Below are positions 20,631 through 30,738 of a stretch of DNA of 64,000 nucleotides, piece by piece. The position numbers were made by a program, and so were the translations under genes. The DNA comes from an uncultured bacterium. Its GTDB lineage: Bacteria > Acidobacteriota > Thermoanaerobaculia > Multivoradales > J023. Where the stretch lies: positions 2,174-66,173 of the forward strand of contig CALFAM010000058.1 in the NCBI GenBank assembly GCA_937948815.1, written 5' to 3'. The notes beneath the pieces were generated by a model. It ran no database searches, had not been told where the DNA came from, and saw nothing but the letters and a program-made list of their open reading frames with translations. Position 1 is the first letter of the stretch; each line of letters opens with the position of its first letter.

Positions 20631-21341
20631 CTACTTGTCGAGATCGTGCGTCGGGTCGTGAAAGCGGTAGCCGACTCCGCGTACGGTTTCGATCACTTCG
20701 CGATGAGCCCCGAGCTTCTTGCGGATCGCCCGGACGTGAACGTCGATGTTGCGATCGATGACGACCGCACCGTGGCCGATCACCCGCGGAACCAGGTGGT
20801 CCCGGGTGAAGACGCGACCCGGCGCCGATGCCAGGGTGTGGATCAGGCGAAACTCGGTCGCCGTAAAGGCAACGGGTTTGCCGTCGAGCCGAATCTCGTG
20901 CCGTACTGGATCGATCGAGACTCCTTCGAAGTCGAGGCGCTCGTTCTGGTCGCTCTCCGTGCGCGGCGTGCCACGTCGAAGGACCGCGCGAATGCGCGCC
21001 ATCAGCTCCTTGGGCGAGAAGGGCTTGGTGACGTAGTCGTCGGCCCCCATGCCCAGGCCGAGCACCACGTCGCTCTCTTCGCCCTTGGCCGTAAGCATGA
21101 TGATGGGGATGTTGCGGGTCGCTGCATCTTGTTTGAGCTTTCGGCAGACCTCGATCCCGTCGAGGCCTGGGAGCAACAGATCCAAGAGCACGATATCGGG
21201 CTTCTCGCGACTGGCGGCGCGTACGCCATCTTCGCCGTTGCTGGCCGTGACGACCGCGAAGCCTTCACGCGAGAGGTTGTACTCGAGGACCGTCAAGATG
21301 TCCGGCTCGTCCTCGATCGCGAGCACTCGTGGGTGGGACAT
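20631..21341 (-). CDS. phoB: OmpR-family response regulator (PhoB-like)
   Basis: Receiver domain (IVLLDLLLPGLDG, LTAKG, DDYVTKPF) plus a winged-helix domain (VRGVGYRF). Its position between phoU and phoR supports the PhoB call. Confidence 0.85.
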   Translation of the reverse strand: MSHPRVLAIEDEPDILTVLEYNLSREGFAVVTASNGEDGVRAASREKPDIVLLDLLLPGLDGIEVCRKLKQDAATRNIPIIMLTAKGEESDVVLGLGMGADDYVTKPFSPKELMARIRAVLRRGTPRTESDQNERLDFEGVSIDPVRHEIRLDGKPVAFTATEFRLIHTLASAPGRVFTRDHLVPRVIGHGAVVIDRNIDVHVRAIRKKLGAHREVIETVRGVGYRFHDPTHDLDK

Positions 21342-21394
21342 GGTGGTTTCCTGTGGGTGCCGGTACGACTGGGTGTCGTTTCGACTGGAAAGGG

Positions 21395-22051
21395 CTACCA
21401 GGTCTGGTGCCGGACCAACTCACCCTCGACCATGAAGATCACGTCTTCGGCGATGTTGGTGGCCAGGTCGGCAATCCGTTCGAGGTAGCGGGAGACGGAG
21501 AGAAGCTGAATCTGTGCCGGAATGGTGTCCGGGTTCTCGCGCATGCGCGTCTCCAGGAGGCCGAAGACCTGCTTGTACAAAGCATCGACTTCTTCGTCTT
21601 CACGGTGAACCCGGCGGGCAAGCTCGATATCCGAACCGACCACGGCATTGAGGCAGTCGCGCAGCATGCGCTGCGTCACGTCGCTCATTCGAGTGATTTC
21701 GCTCGGCACCGAAACCGGCTCGCCCTTGGTGAGCTCTTTGGCCCGTGCGGCGATGTTTCCGGCCAGGTCGCCGACACGCTCGAGGTCATTGTTGACCTTG
21801 AGCATTGCGACCACGTAGCGAAGGTCGGCGGCCACCGGCTGGTGCAGCGCAAGGATCTTGAGGCACTCGTCCTCGACTCGAAGCTCCTGCTCATCGACGA
21901 TGCGGTCGCCATGACGGACCTCGTCGGCCAGGTCGGGGCGTCGATCGACCAGGGCGAGAATCGCCTTGTTGGTCGCCTCTTCGACCAGGGATCCGACCGT
22001 CAGGAGCTCTTTTTTGAGACTTTCGAGGTCACGAAGCAAGTGAATGGCCAT
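21395..22051 (-). CDS. phoU: Phosphate signalling complex protein PhoU
   Basis: Two PhoU repeats (DRIVDEQELRVEDECLKILALHQPVAADLRYV; ERIADLATNIAEDVIF). Start chosen at the internal ATG (MAIHLLRDLE...). Confidence 0.9.
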   Translation of the reverse strand: MAIHLLRDLESLKKELLTVGSLVEEATNKAILALVDRRPDLADEVRHGDRIVDEQELRVEDECLKILALHQPVAADLRYVVAMLKVNNDLERVGDLAGNIAARAKELTKGEPVSVPSEITRMSDVTQRMLRDCLNAVVGSDIELARRVHREDEEVDALYKQVFGLLETRMRENPDTIPAQIQLLSVSRYLERIADLATNIAEDVIFMVEGELVRHQTW

Positions 22052-22095
22052 GGGTTGCGTCCAGGCTCCTTTGTTTGAGCCGCATCCTAGCAGGG

Positions 22096-22139
22096 GGAAA
22101 ATCGGGTCGGCCTCGCGCAATGAAGCGCCGAGGCCGACC
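22096..22139 (-). terminator. Rho-independent terminator after the porin gene
   Basis: On the minus strand, an 11-bp stem GGTCGGCCTCG...CGAGGCCGACC is followed by CGATTTTCC. Confidence 0.5.
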
Positions 22140-22185
22140 GATCAGCACACGGTAGGGCTCTGCGAGGAGTCAGAGCCTCGCAGGA

Positions 22186-23385
22186 TCAGAAGTCAATCCG
22201 CCAAGCAACGCCCAGGAGATCGGCTTCGCCCAGCTCCTCGACGTCAGCACGGACGTAGTTGATCATCAGGCGGGTCGCCGGGTTGAGGTACCAGTTCAAC
22301 CCGACCGAGATGTCGTCCTGCTCACCGCCGGCGATGACACCGTCGTTGAGGTCGAGGGTCGAGTACCGGAAGGCGATCTCCCAGGCGCCCTTGCCACCGT
22401 CCTGGCCAAAGTTGGACTTCGGCTTCTGGCGATCGAACGCGCCGGAGCTGGTCTTGTAGCGGCGGTGCTCGCCAGTCAGGTAGTAGCCGGCCTGAACGTA
22501 GAAGCCGCTGAACTCCGGATCACCGGAGCCCGACGCGTCGACGTCGGCCTGGAGGAACTCGGTCTGGAACCAGAAGGGACCGAAGACGCCGGCGAGCTCG
22601 AGATCGAGAATCGTGACGCTGTCTGCCGCGAAGCTGCCCGTGTCGATGAACCGCGGCGCGTTGCGGGCCTCGGGCCGGGCGCGGAAACGAAGGGTTGCAC
22701 CATCCTCGCGGTCACGTTGGGTGGCCGAGAAGCCGACGTGAACCAGGCGCTTGCCCTTGTCCTCGTAGAGCGGACGGAAGGCGACGCGCCCCGTGATGTT
22801 GATGTTGTCCTCGCCCGTGCTGACACCGAAGCTATCCGCATCGTAGTAGACGCCGACGCCCCAGTTGAACTTGTCGCCGCTCTTGCCGTGGACGCCGACG
22901 CCGCTGTTGCGGCCGGGATCGAAAGCGAGAATGGGAAGCGCGCGCTCGAGGAAGGGGATGTACTTCGAGCTGGTCTGCGCTTCGAGGCTGTAGTGCTCAC
23001 GGAAGTGGCCGAACCTGACCTCGCCCCAGTCCTGCTTGATGCCGATGTAGACGTCGTTGAAGTCCGCGTCGCCACCGGCGAAGTCATACTGCGCCTTGAA
23101 GGTGATGCGGTCGTACAGGGTGCCCGAGAAGAAGAAGCGGGCGCGGCGGAAGTTGAAGCCGTCCTCGATGCCCGAGAGGCCGTCATCGCCCGAGGCGAAG
23201 AGGTAGTCGGCCATGATGCGGCCGCCGAACTTCAGTTTGAAGGAGCTGTCTTCCGAGTCCAACTTGAAGCCGTTGGACCACTTCCATTTCCAGTCTTCGG
23301 CTTGCGCGGCCGGGGCCAGGGTAAGAAATCCGAGCAACAGCACGGCAGCCATTCGGGTGGCGTCACGCACAACGCGACGGTTCAT
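22186..23385 (-). CDS. Phosphate-selective porin O/P family outer-membrane protein
   Basis: Signal peptide (APAAQA-ED), FKLKFGGRIMADY near the N-terminus, alternating beta-strand pattern, and a C-terminal ...VAWRIDF aromatic terminus. It diverges from pstS. Confidence 0.7.
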   Translation of the reverse strand: MNRRVVRDATRMAAVLLLGFLTLAPAAQAEDWKWKWSNGFKLDSEDSSFKLKFGGRIMADYLFASGDDGLSGIEDGFNFRRARFFFSGTLYDRITFKAQYDFAGGDADFNDVYIGIKQDWGEVRFGHFREHYSLEAQTSSKYIPFLERALPILAFDPGRNSGVGVHGKSGDKFNWGVGVYYDADSFGVSTGEDNINITGRVAFRPLYEDKGKRLVHVGFSATQRDREDGATLRFRARPEARNAPRFIDTGSFAADSVTILDLELAGVFGPFWFQTEFLQADVDASGSGDPEFSGFYVQAGYYLTGEHRRYKTSSGAFDRQKPKSNFGQDGGKGAWEIAFRYSTLDLNDGVIAGGEQDDISVGLNWYLNPATRLMINYVRADVEELGEADLLGVAWRIDF

Positions 23386-23746
23386 TCTCTATTCCTCCGG
23401 AATCGTCGGTTTGGGGGGGCGGATCGATGGACCGCAGGGGATGGTGTGCCCGCCCGATTTCACGAACGCCGGGAGCTTTGGAGATCTCTGTAAAGAGAAG
23501 AAGAAGGGCGGGTGAAAAGCTTCGTCGCGGCTGGGGCCAGCCATCGCTCCGGCGTGACCAACTGCGTCAGGGGCTCGGGATCTTGGGCCCATCTTTATCG
23601 AAAGCTCACACAGCGGGGCTACTTTTGAACCGGACGGAGTGGCCCCCTTGTGGCGCGGCCAATCCTGTGCCCACACATGATGAGCTGCCCCTGCAGCGCA
23701 TCGGGCGCCCAAGACGAAAGAAAAACCAAGGATGAGGAGAAGCTCG

Positions 23747-24733
23747 ATGCGCAATCGCTCCATCGCTCGTGTGGCTGCCGCGAGTGCGGTCGCCCTCTTG
23801 ACCGCTTTGCCCGCTGTTTCGCAAGTCAAGGTCGACGACCGCCTGCCCAGCTACACGCCCGTTCAGGGTGTTTCTGGCACGATCAAGAGCGTCGGTTCCG
23901 ACACGCTCAACAACCTCATGACCCTCTGGGCCGAGAAGTTCAAGGAGCAATACCCCAACGTGCAGGTCGAGATCGAGGGCAAGGGCTCCTCGACCGCGCC
24001 GCCTGCGCTGATCGCCGGTGCCTCCAACTTCGGCCCCATGAGCCGCGTGATGAAGTCGGCCGAGGAAGACGAGTTCGAGAAGAAGTTCGGCTACAAGCCG
24101 GTCGGTGTCCGCACCTCGATCGATATGCTCGCGGTCTACGTGAACAAGGACAACCCGATCGCCAAGACCGGTCTCTCCCTGCCTCAGGTCGACGCCATGT
24201 TCTCGTCGACCCGCAAGGGCGGCAGCGCCGCCGACATCGCGAACTGGGGCCAGGCCGGCCTGAGCGGTGATTGGGCCAACAAGCCGATCAGCCTCTACGG
24301 CCGCAACTCGGCCTCGGGCACCTATGGCTACTTCAAGAAGCACGCCCTCTTCAAGGGTGACTACAAGGACTCCGTCAAGGAGCAGCCGGGCTCGAGCTCG
24401 GTGGTCCAGGGTGTCGCGAGCGACCTCGGTGGTATCGGCTACAGTGGCCTCGGCTACAAGACGGCGGACGTCGCCACGGTTCCCCTGGCCAAGAAGGACG
24501 GTGGCAAGCTGGTGCCCGCCTCCCCGGACTCGGTCGCCGAGTACCCCCTTGCCCGCTTCCTGATGGTCTACGTGAACAAGAAGCCCGGTACCGATCTCGA
24601 TCCGCTCCGCCGCGAGTTCCTGAAGCTGATCTTCAGCAAAGAAGGCCAGGAGATCGTGGTCAAGGACGGCTACCTGCCCGTCTCCTACGAGATCGCCAAG
24701 GCCACCCTGGCGGAAGTCGGCGTCGACATCTAG
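23747..24733 (+). CDS. pstS: Phosphate ABC transporter substrate-binding protein
   Basis: GTIKSVGSDTLNNLMTLWAEKFKEQYPNVQVEIEGKGSSTAPPALIAGASNFGPMSR is a PstS-family signature. ATG 23747 has GAGGAGAAG upstream. ATG 23732 is an alternative start. Confidence 0.9.
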   Translation: MRNRSIARVAAASAVALLTALPAVSQVKVDDRLPSYTPVQGVSGTIKSVGSDTLNNLMTLWAEKFKEQYPNVQVEIEGKGSSTAPPALIAGASNFGPMSRVMKSAEEDEFEKKFGYKPVGVRTSIDMLAVYVNKDNPIAKTGLSLPQVDAMFSSTRKGGSAADIANWGQAGLSGDWANKPISLYGRNSASGTYGYFKKHALFKGDYKDSVKEQPGSSSVVQGVASDLGGIGYSGLGYKTADVATVPLAKKDGGKLVPASPDSVAEYPLARFLMVYVNKKPGTDLDPLRREFLKLIFSKEGQEIVVKDGYLPVSYEIAKATLAEVGVDI

Positions 24734-24811
24734 ACTTCGGTTCTCTGAGTCACTGATCCTCGAACCATCTACACGACCAGGCGCGACCCGGTTAGGATTT
24801 CTGCACGCATC

Positions 24812-27637
24812 ATGAGCGAGTCCAAGAGCTTTACCGGTCGCGCCAGGCGGCGCACCACCAGCGCATCGGTCCTCTGGATCGACAAGCTGGCCCGCAGCGT
24901 CATCACCGTCGGTGGCATCGGCACGATTCTCGCCGTGCTCGGTGTCGCCGTCTTCCTCGTCTGGGTGGTGATGCCTCTTTTCCTTTCTGCCGAGATCTCC
25001 GAGCTCGAGACCTTCGAGCCCGGCTGGCAGGAGTCTCCCGTTCACATCGCCGTCGACGACTACGGCCTGCTCACCTGGGCGCTCTTCGCCAGCGGTGAGA
25101 TCGAGGTCTTCCGTGTCTCGAATGGCGAACGCCGCGACCAGCTCGAGCTCTTCGAACCCGGATTGCTCCGCAGCTGGTCGTTCTCACCGGCCGGCGACCG
25201 GGCCATCTTCGGCTTGCGCGACGGCACGGTCCAGGTCGCCGAAATCGCCTTCGAAACGGAGGTCCTCCAACTCGACGGCTTGAGCGGCGAACAGCGATCT
25301 CAGCTCGAAGGAACGGCTGAAGGCGGCGTGGTCGACTTCGAGGATGGCGTCCTCCAGCGCATTCCAGGTGGCCAGGTACGCCGACAGCGTCTCGCCATCG
25401 CGCTCGGCGAGCGCATCCAGGTCGGATCGGGCCCAGTGACGGTGGTGGCGCGCGGCGCCTACTCCGGTGGTCCCCGGCTCGTCGCCTACGTCGAGCCTGC
25501 CGAACCCGCCAGCCAGTCTGCCGCCGTTTCCGAGTTGGACCCATCGACCGCCGAACACGCAGCCACGGAGACCAGCGAAACCGTCGCCGACACCGGAGAA
25601 GCTGCTCCCGACGCGGCAGCCCTCCCGACACCGGCACCGACCGGCCCGATGCTGGTCGTGGTCAGCGGCGAGGAGAGCTCGAACTTTCTGACCGGTGAGA
25701 CCACCATCGAATACGGCGACCCCCAGGTCATGGCCGGCAACATCGTGGCCGGCAAGCCCTTCGATCAGGGCGCACCGACCTGGCTCGGTCTATCGGGCAC
25801 CGGCACGAATCTCTATGCGACATGGTCGAACGGAGACGCCGCCCGCGTCGACATCACCGATCCTGGTGCCGCTGTCATCGCCGAGCAGGGCCGGCTTCTT
25901 CCCGAAGGTCGCACCCTGACAGCCCTCGGTTTCGTGCTGGGCCGCAACACCCTGATCTGGGGTGATGACGAAGGCGCCCTGTCCGGCGGCTTTCAGGTCC
26001 GCCTGACCGACTATCAAGGTGAAGGAGGCGCCGGCCTCGTGCCGACGCCCGAGGCCGACTCGATCCTGGTTCGCACCAAAGAGCTCGCCGTAGCCGAGGG
26101 CGGGCCCAATCGCGCGGTCCGCGCGGTGGCGGCCTCGGCCCGCACCCGCCTGATGCTGGTGGCCTTTGGTGACAGCACGCTCCGGCTCTACAACGTCACC
26201 AACGCCAGCCAGCTCGCCCGCGTGCCCCTGCCCACCAGCGAGCCGATCGAGCAGATCGCCTTCGGTCCGCGCGAGAACTTCGTCGCGGTGGCGACCGCCA
26301 GCCAACTGATCCTCGGCTCGCTCGATCCCCGCTACTCCGAGGCGAGCTTCAACGCGCTGTTCCGGCCGGCCTGGTACGAAGGCTATGCCGAGCCCATTCA
26401 CAGCTGGCAGTCCTCGAGCGGCACGGACGATTTCGAGCCCAAGCACAGCCTGATGCCGTTGATCTTCGGCACCCTCAAGGCCACCTTCTACTCGATGCTC
26501 TTCGGCGCTCCGCTCGCCCTGCTCGCCGCGCTCTTCACCAGTGAGTTCCTGCATCCGCGCACCCGCGGCGTCATCAAGCCGACCATCGAGCTGATGGCGA
26601 GCCTGCCGAGTGTGGTCCTTGGCTTCCTGGCTGCGCTGGTCTTCGCACCCTTTGTCGAACGGATCGTGCCGACCACCCTGGCGAGCTTCCTGGCGTTCCC
26701 GCTCGCCTTTCTGCTGTCCGCGTATGTCTGGCAGATCCTGCCGTCTCGCATCAGCATTCGGCTCGAGCAGTGGCGCTTCGGCTTCATGGTGCTGGCGTTG
26801 CCTTTGGGAATGGCGCTGTCCATGCTCCTTGGCCCTCTCTTCGAGCGCATGTTCTTCGCCGGAGACATCAAGGGCTGGCTGGACTGGGATCCGGTTCTCG
26901 GCGCGGAGCGCTTGCAATTCGAAAGCGCGGTTGGCGGCTGGATGTTCCTGGCCATCCCGCTGTCGGCAATCCTCGTCTGGTGGCTCAGCAACAGCTTGGT
27001 AAACCAGCGCCTGCGCGAGATCGCGGCTGACTGGAGTCGAGAGCGCTTGGCGATCGCTGACTTCGCCAAGTTCCTGATCGGCTTGGTGCTGACGTTCGCC
27101 GTCGCGCTCACAATCGCCAGCCTGCTCAACGCACTGGGCTTCGACCCCCGAGGTTCCTATCTCGACACCTACGTCCAGCGCAATGCGTTGATCGTCGGCT
27201 TCGTGATGGGCTTTGCGATCATCCCGATCATCTACACCATTGCGGAAGACGCCCTCTCCACCGTGCCGGAGCACCTGCGATCGGCCTCCCTCGGCGCGGG
27301 CGCCACGCGTTGGCAGACGGCGGTCCGGATCATCCTGCCGACAGCGGCAAGCGGCCTCTTCTCCGCCCTGATGATCGGGCTGGGGCGCGCCGTCGGCGAG
27401 ACCATGATCGTGCTCATGGCCGCCGGCAACACGCCGGTCATGGAATGGAACATCTTCGAGGGATTCCGGACGCTGTCGGCCAACATCGCGGTCGAGTTGC
27501 CGGAGGCCGTGGTGGGAAGCACCCACTACCGCACGCTCTTCTTGGCAGCCTTGGTGCTGTTTGTCATGACTTTCATCGTCAACACGGTGGCTGAGGTGAT
27601 TCGCCTGCGCTTCCGCAAACGGGCTTACCAGCTGTGA
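24812..27637 (+). CDS. pstC: Phosphate ABC transporter permease PstC, long form with an N-terminal extracytoplasmic domain of about 520 aa
   Basis: The C-terminal 400 aa forms the PstC permease core (EAA-like ...SASLGAGATRWQTAVRIILPTA...). The N-terminus has one TM, then repeats resembling beta-propeller blades (GDRAIFGLRDGTVQV; LIWGDDEGALSG; LVAFGDSTLRLYNV). Confidence 0.85.
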   Translation: MSESKSFTGRARRRTTSASVLWIDKLARSVITVGGIGTILAVLGVAVFLVWVVMPLFLSAEISELETFEPGWQESPVHIAVDDYGLLTWALFASGEIEVFRVSNGERRDQLELFEPGLLRSWSFSPAGDRAIFGLRDGTVQVAEIAFETEVLQLDGLSGEQRSQLEGTAEGGVVDFEDGVLQRIPGGQVRRQRLAIALGERIQVGSGPVTVVARGAYSGGPRLVAYVEPAEPASQSAAVSELDPSTAEHAATETSETVADTGEAAPDAAALPTPAPTGPMLVVVSGEESSNFLTGETTIEYGDPQVMAGNIVAGKPFDQGAPTWLGLSGTGTNLYATWSNGDAARVDITDPGAAVIAEQGRLLPEGRTLTALGFVLGRNTLIWGDDEGALSGGFQVRLTDYQGEGGAGLVPTPEADSILVRTKELAVAEGGPNRAVRAVAASARTRLMLVAFGDSTLRLYNVTNASQLARVPLPTSEPIEQIAFGPRENFVAVATASQLILGSLDPRYSEASFNALFRPAWYEGYAEPIHSWQSSSGTDDFEPKHSLMPLIFGTLKATFYSMLFGAPLALLAALFTSEFLHPRTRGVIKPTIELMASLPSVVLGFLAALVFAPFVERIVPTTLASFLAFPLAFLLSAYVWQILPSRISIRLEQWRFGFMVLALPLGMALSMLLGPLFERMFFAGDIKGWLDWDPVLGAERLQFESAVGGWMFLAIPLSAILVWWLSNSLVNQRLREIAADWSRERLAIADFAKFLIGLVLTFAVALTIASLLNALGFDPRGSYLDTYVQRNALIVGFVMGFAIIPIIYTIAEDALSTVPEHLRSASLGAGATRWQTAVRIILPTAASGLFSALMIGLGRAVGETMIVLMAAGNTPVMEWNIFEGFRTLSANIAVELPEAVVGSTHYRTLFLAALVLFVMTFIVNTVAEVIRLRFRKRAYQL

Positions 27638-29733
27638 ACGATCGAACCGAAGGCCAGGAAGACAATCGAAAGGCGGCGCCGGCTGGCGACCCGGGGGCCG
27701 GCGGCGGCTCCTGGTCCAACCGTCGCCGCCGCGCGCGCAATTCTCTGTTCGCTGCTGGTGAGCCCGCCGTCTGGCTGACCGGGGGCGCGCTGGCCATCTG
27801 CACCGCGATGGTCGTCGGCTTGCTGTTGTTGGTCCTGTGGCAGGGCTTGGTGACGTTCTGGCCGCAGGCCGTCGAACGGGTGACGACCCCGGACGGCGAG
27901 ACCTATATGGGGGAAATCACGCGGCACAACGCCTACGCCCCCGAGGAGAGTGTGCTGTCCAGCCTGAGCGAGCAGGTCGCACAGCAGGCGCGCCAAGATC
28001 TCGCGGACGACGGCCAGACCATTCGTCGCCTGTTTCGTACCGGCAACTTTCGCCTGACTCAGAACCACTTCACCTGGGTCGACGATTTTTCGGTCGAGAA
28101 GCGCGACAAGCCCGAATGGGCACTGGTCCTCGAGCGGCTCGAATGGGGTCGGTTCTACGGCTTCCCGGAGCAATTCGTCCAGCTTCATCCGCTCGACGGT
28201 CAGACACCGCAGGCGCTGTCAGGTTCGTTGCGCACCGGCCTTGCCGCGGGCCACAGTCTGCAACTCGCCGTGTCGGCACCGGGCGAGCCAGGATTCGCGC
28301 TTCATCCGCTCGCAGACTTGCGGGCCGCAGCGCCAACCCCCGACCCAGCCGCGGCCGATGCGGCGGCAGGCGGGGCAACGCCAGAGGCCGCCGAGCCGGC
28401 GCCAGCACCCACGGGCATCGATCCGAGCGAGGTGATCGCGATCGCCGAGGTGGCGGAAGGGCCGGAGGCGGCGTGGGCGGCCTTTTCCGAGCATCACGGC
28501 ACCGTTCGTGAGCGCTGGCAGCGCCGTCGCAGTCTCGAGAAACACGATACCGGCAAAATCAATCACAAGCAGGAGCAGGCTCGGCTCGCCATGCGCAGTG
28601 CGGCGATGGACCTCGAGACCGCCACCGAGAACGCGAACGGTGGCACGAGCCCCGAGATCGATCGCGCCCGCACCCGGCTCGAAGAGGCCGAGGCAGAATT
28701 CGAGGAAGTTCGCACCTGGGCCAACGAGGCCTTTGCCGACATCCGGGCGGAAATCGATCGAATCAACGAGGAAAACGGCCGGTACCAGCTCGTGATGAAG
28801 ACGGCGGGCGAGGGCACCGCGCCTGCACAGACCACGTATGCCCGCTTGGACGGCATCGTCCGGGCCTACCCCGCCAACCAGCTGGGCACTGGAGGTAAGG
28901 TCGGCATCTACCTCTCACGCTGGCTGGAGTTTCTGGTCGACGAGCCGCGCGAGGCCAACAGCGAAGGCGGTGTCTTCCCGGCCATCTTCGGCACGGTCAC
29001 CATGACGCTGATCATGTCGATCGCCGTGGTTCCGTTCGGCGTCCTGGCAGCTTTGTACCTTCGTGAATACGCGAAGGGTGGCGTCGTCGTCAGCACGGTC
29101 CGCATCGCGGTCAACAACCTCGCGGGTGTTCCCTCGATCGTCTTCGGCGTTTTCGGACTCGGCTTCTTCTGCTACGTGACCGGAGCCTCGATCGACCAGT
29201 TGCTCTTCGCCGCGCACCTGCCCAACCCGACCTTCGGCAAGGGCGGAATCTTGTGGGCATCCTTGACGCTGGCGCTGCTGACCTTGCCCGTGGTGATCGT
29301 CGCCACCGAAGAGGCGGTGGCAGCCGTGCCGAACTCGATGCGCGAAGGCTCCTATGCCTGCGGCGCCTCGAAGTGGCAAACGATTCAGCGGATCGTGCTT
29401 CCCCGCGCTCTGCCCGGCATCATCACCGGTATGGTCTTGGCCATTGCCCGCGGTGCGGGTGAGGTGGCGCCATTGATGCTGGTCGGCGCGGTCAAGCTGG
29501 CGCCCGAGTTGCCACTCGACGGCACCTTCCCGTACCTCCACCCGGAGCGGAGCTTCATGCATCTGGGCTTCCACATCTACGACGTCGGCTTCCAGAGTCA
29601 GAACTCGGAGGCGGCTCGCCCGATGGTCTTCACCACCACCTTGCTTCTGATCGCCATCATCGCATTCTTGAATCTGGCCACGGTTGCGCTGCGAACGCGC
29701 CTGCGGAAACGCTTTGCAGCCGGACAATTCTGA
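27634..29733 (+). CDS. pstA: Phosphate ABC transporter permease PstA, long form
   Basis: The C-terminal permease core has REGSYACGASKWQTIQRIVLPRALPGI. An extracytoplasmic insert of about 350 aa, including a coiled coil, follows TM1. The start overlaps the pstC stop. Confidence 0.85.
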   Translation: MNDRTEGQEDNRKAAPAGDPGAGGGSWSNRRRRARNSLFAAGEPAVWLTGGALAICTAMVVGLLLLVLWQGLVTFWPQAVERVTTPDGETYMGEITRHNAYAPEESVLSSLSEQVAQQARQDLADDGQTIRRLFRTGNFRLTQNHFTWVDDFSVEKRDKPEWALVLERLEWGRFYGFPEQFVQLHPLDGQTPQALSGSLRTGLAAGHSLQLAVSAPGEPGFALHPLADLRAAAPTPDPAAADAAAGGATPEAAEPAPAPTGIDPSEVIAIAEVAEGPEAAWAAFSEHHGTVRERWQRRRSLEKHDTGKINHKQEQARLAMRSAAMDLETATENANGGTSPEIDRARTRLEEAEAEFEEVRTWANEAFADIRAEIDRINEENGRYQLVMKTAGEGTAPAQTTYARLDGIVRAYPANQLGTGGKVGIYLSRWLEFLVDEPREANSEGGVFPAIFGTVTMTLIMSIAVVPFGVLAALYLREYAKGGVVVSTVRIAVNNLAGVPSIVFGVFGLGFFCYVTGASIDQLLFAAHLPNPTFGKGGILWASLTLALLTLPVVIVATEEAVAAVPNSMREGSYACGASKWQTIQRIVLPRALPGIITGMVLAIARGAGEVAPLMLVGAVKLAPELPLDGTFPYLHPERSFMHLGFHIYDVGFQSQNSEAARPMVFTTTLLLIAIIAFLNLATVALRTRLRKRFAAGQF

Positions 29734-29745
29734 TCCGGTCGAACC

Positions 29746-30738
29746 ATGCCCGAAAGGCCTGACGCCGTGATAAACGATACTGTGACGCACGCCACCGAGG
29801 ACGCCGCCATGAACCAGCCCATTCCCCAGTCGACCGACGCATCTCCGGACCTTCCGGCTGCCGGTGCAGGCATCGCGGTTTCCGCACGCTCATCGAAGGC
29901 CGTGGCCGAAGATGGGCCGCTGCAGGCGATCGCGCGCGGCGAGACGCCCGCGTCGGCGATTCACGACAGCGTGGGGGAACACGAAGCGGTGCTCGAAATC
30001 GACCATTTCGACTTCTGGTACAACCAGACCGCCCAGGCGCTCTACGACATCTCGATGAACGTCCCCTACGGCAAGGTCACCTCGTTGATCGGCCCCTCTG
30101 GATGTGGAAAATCCACCCTGCTGCGGTCGGTCAACCGACTCAACGATCTGATCGATGGTGTTCGGATCGAAGGCGACATGCGACTCAAGAACGAGTCGAT
30201 CTACGGCCAAGGCGTCGACGTCATCGAGCTGCGCAAGCGCATGGGCATGGTGTTCCAGAAGTCGAATCCGTTCCCGATGTCGATTTACGAGAACGTCGTC
30301 TATGCCCTGCGCATCGACGGTGAGCGGCGCAAGAGCGTGCTCGACGAAGTGTGCGAGCGCAGCCTGCGCGGCGCGGCGTTGTGGGACGAGGTCAAGGATC
30401 GTCTGCACGACCTCGCCCTCGGCCTCTCGGGCGTCCAGCAACAGCGTCTCTGCATTGCCCGCGCGATCGCGGCCGAGCCGGAAGTCCTGCTCATGGACGA
30501 GCCCTGCTCGGCTCTCGACCCGATCGCCACCGGCAAGATCGAAGACTTGATCGACGAGCTTCGCGGCACCTACACGATCCTGATCGTGACCCACAACATG
30601 CAGCAGGCGTCGCGCACCTCGGACTTCACGGCCTTCATGTACCTCGGGCGCCTGATCGAATACGGCGCCACCCAGGATCTCTTCACCAAACCCCAGCTCC
30701 GAGCCACCGAGCACTACATCACGGGCCGGTTCGGGTAG
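29746..30738 (+). CDS. pstB: Phosphate ABC transporter ATP-binding protein
   Basis: Walker [10 protein letters not shown], signature [14 protein letters not shown], and Walker [12 protein letters not shown]. The N-terminus is 60-80 aa longer than typical PstB. ATG 29809, with GAGGA upstream, is an alternative start. Confidence 0.9.
   Translation: MPERPDAVINDTVTHATEDAAMNQPIPQSTDASPDLPAAGAGIAVSARSSKAVAEDGPLQAIARGETPASAIHDSVGEHEAVLEIDHFDFWYNQTAQALYDISMNVPYGKVTSLIGPSGCGKSTLLRSVNRLNDLIDGVRIEGDMRLKNESIYGQGVDVIELRKRMGMVFQKSNPFPMSIYENVVYALRIDGERRKSVLDEVCERSLRGAALWDEVKDRLHDLALGLSGVQQQRLCIARAIAAEPEVLLMDEPCSALDPIATGKIEDLIDELRGTYTILIVTHNMQQASRTSDFTAFMYLGRLIEYGATQDLFTKPQLRATEHYITGRFG

Noticed and set aside
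23413-23419. A G7 homopolymer in the porin/pstS intergenic region, considered as a possible phase-variation tract.
   Set aside because: It is short, it is not positioned between recognisable -35/-10 elements or inside a coding region, and G-runs of this size are common in high-GC DNA.
23386-23746. I searched the oprP-like/pstS divergent intergenic region, and the region upstream of phoU, for E. coli-type Pho boxes (CTGTCAT-N4-CTGTCAT, 11-bp periodic direct repeats).
   Set aside because: I saw no convincing pair of 7-mers at 11-bp spacing. Candidates such as GTGACCAACTGCGTCAG or CTGTGCCCACACATGATG are too weak. The PhoB site consensus in this lineage may differ, so no feature is reported.
23606-25045. 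A long 479-aa ORF antisense to pstS/pstC. There are many similar long antisense or off-frame ORFs, for example 9422-10684(+), 16641-17846(-), 18981-20600(+), 30351-31904(+), 38048-39355(-), 46224-47459(-), 50575-51957(-), 58590-60053(+) and 61207-62877(+).
   Set aside because: Their translations are rich in R/G/A/P/H low-complexity sequence with no recognisable motifs. Each lies opposite a gene with clear family signatures. Long stop-free antisense frames are expected at this GC content.
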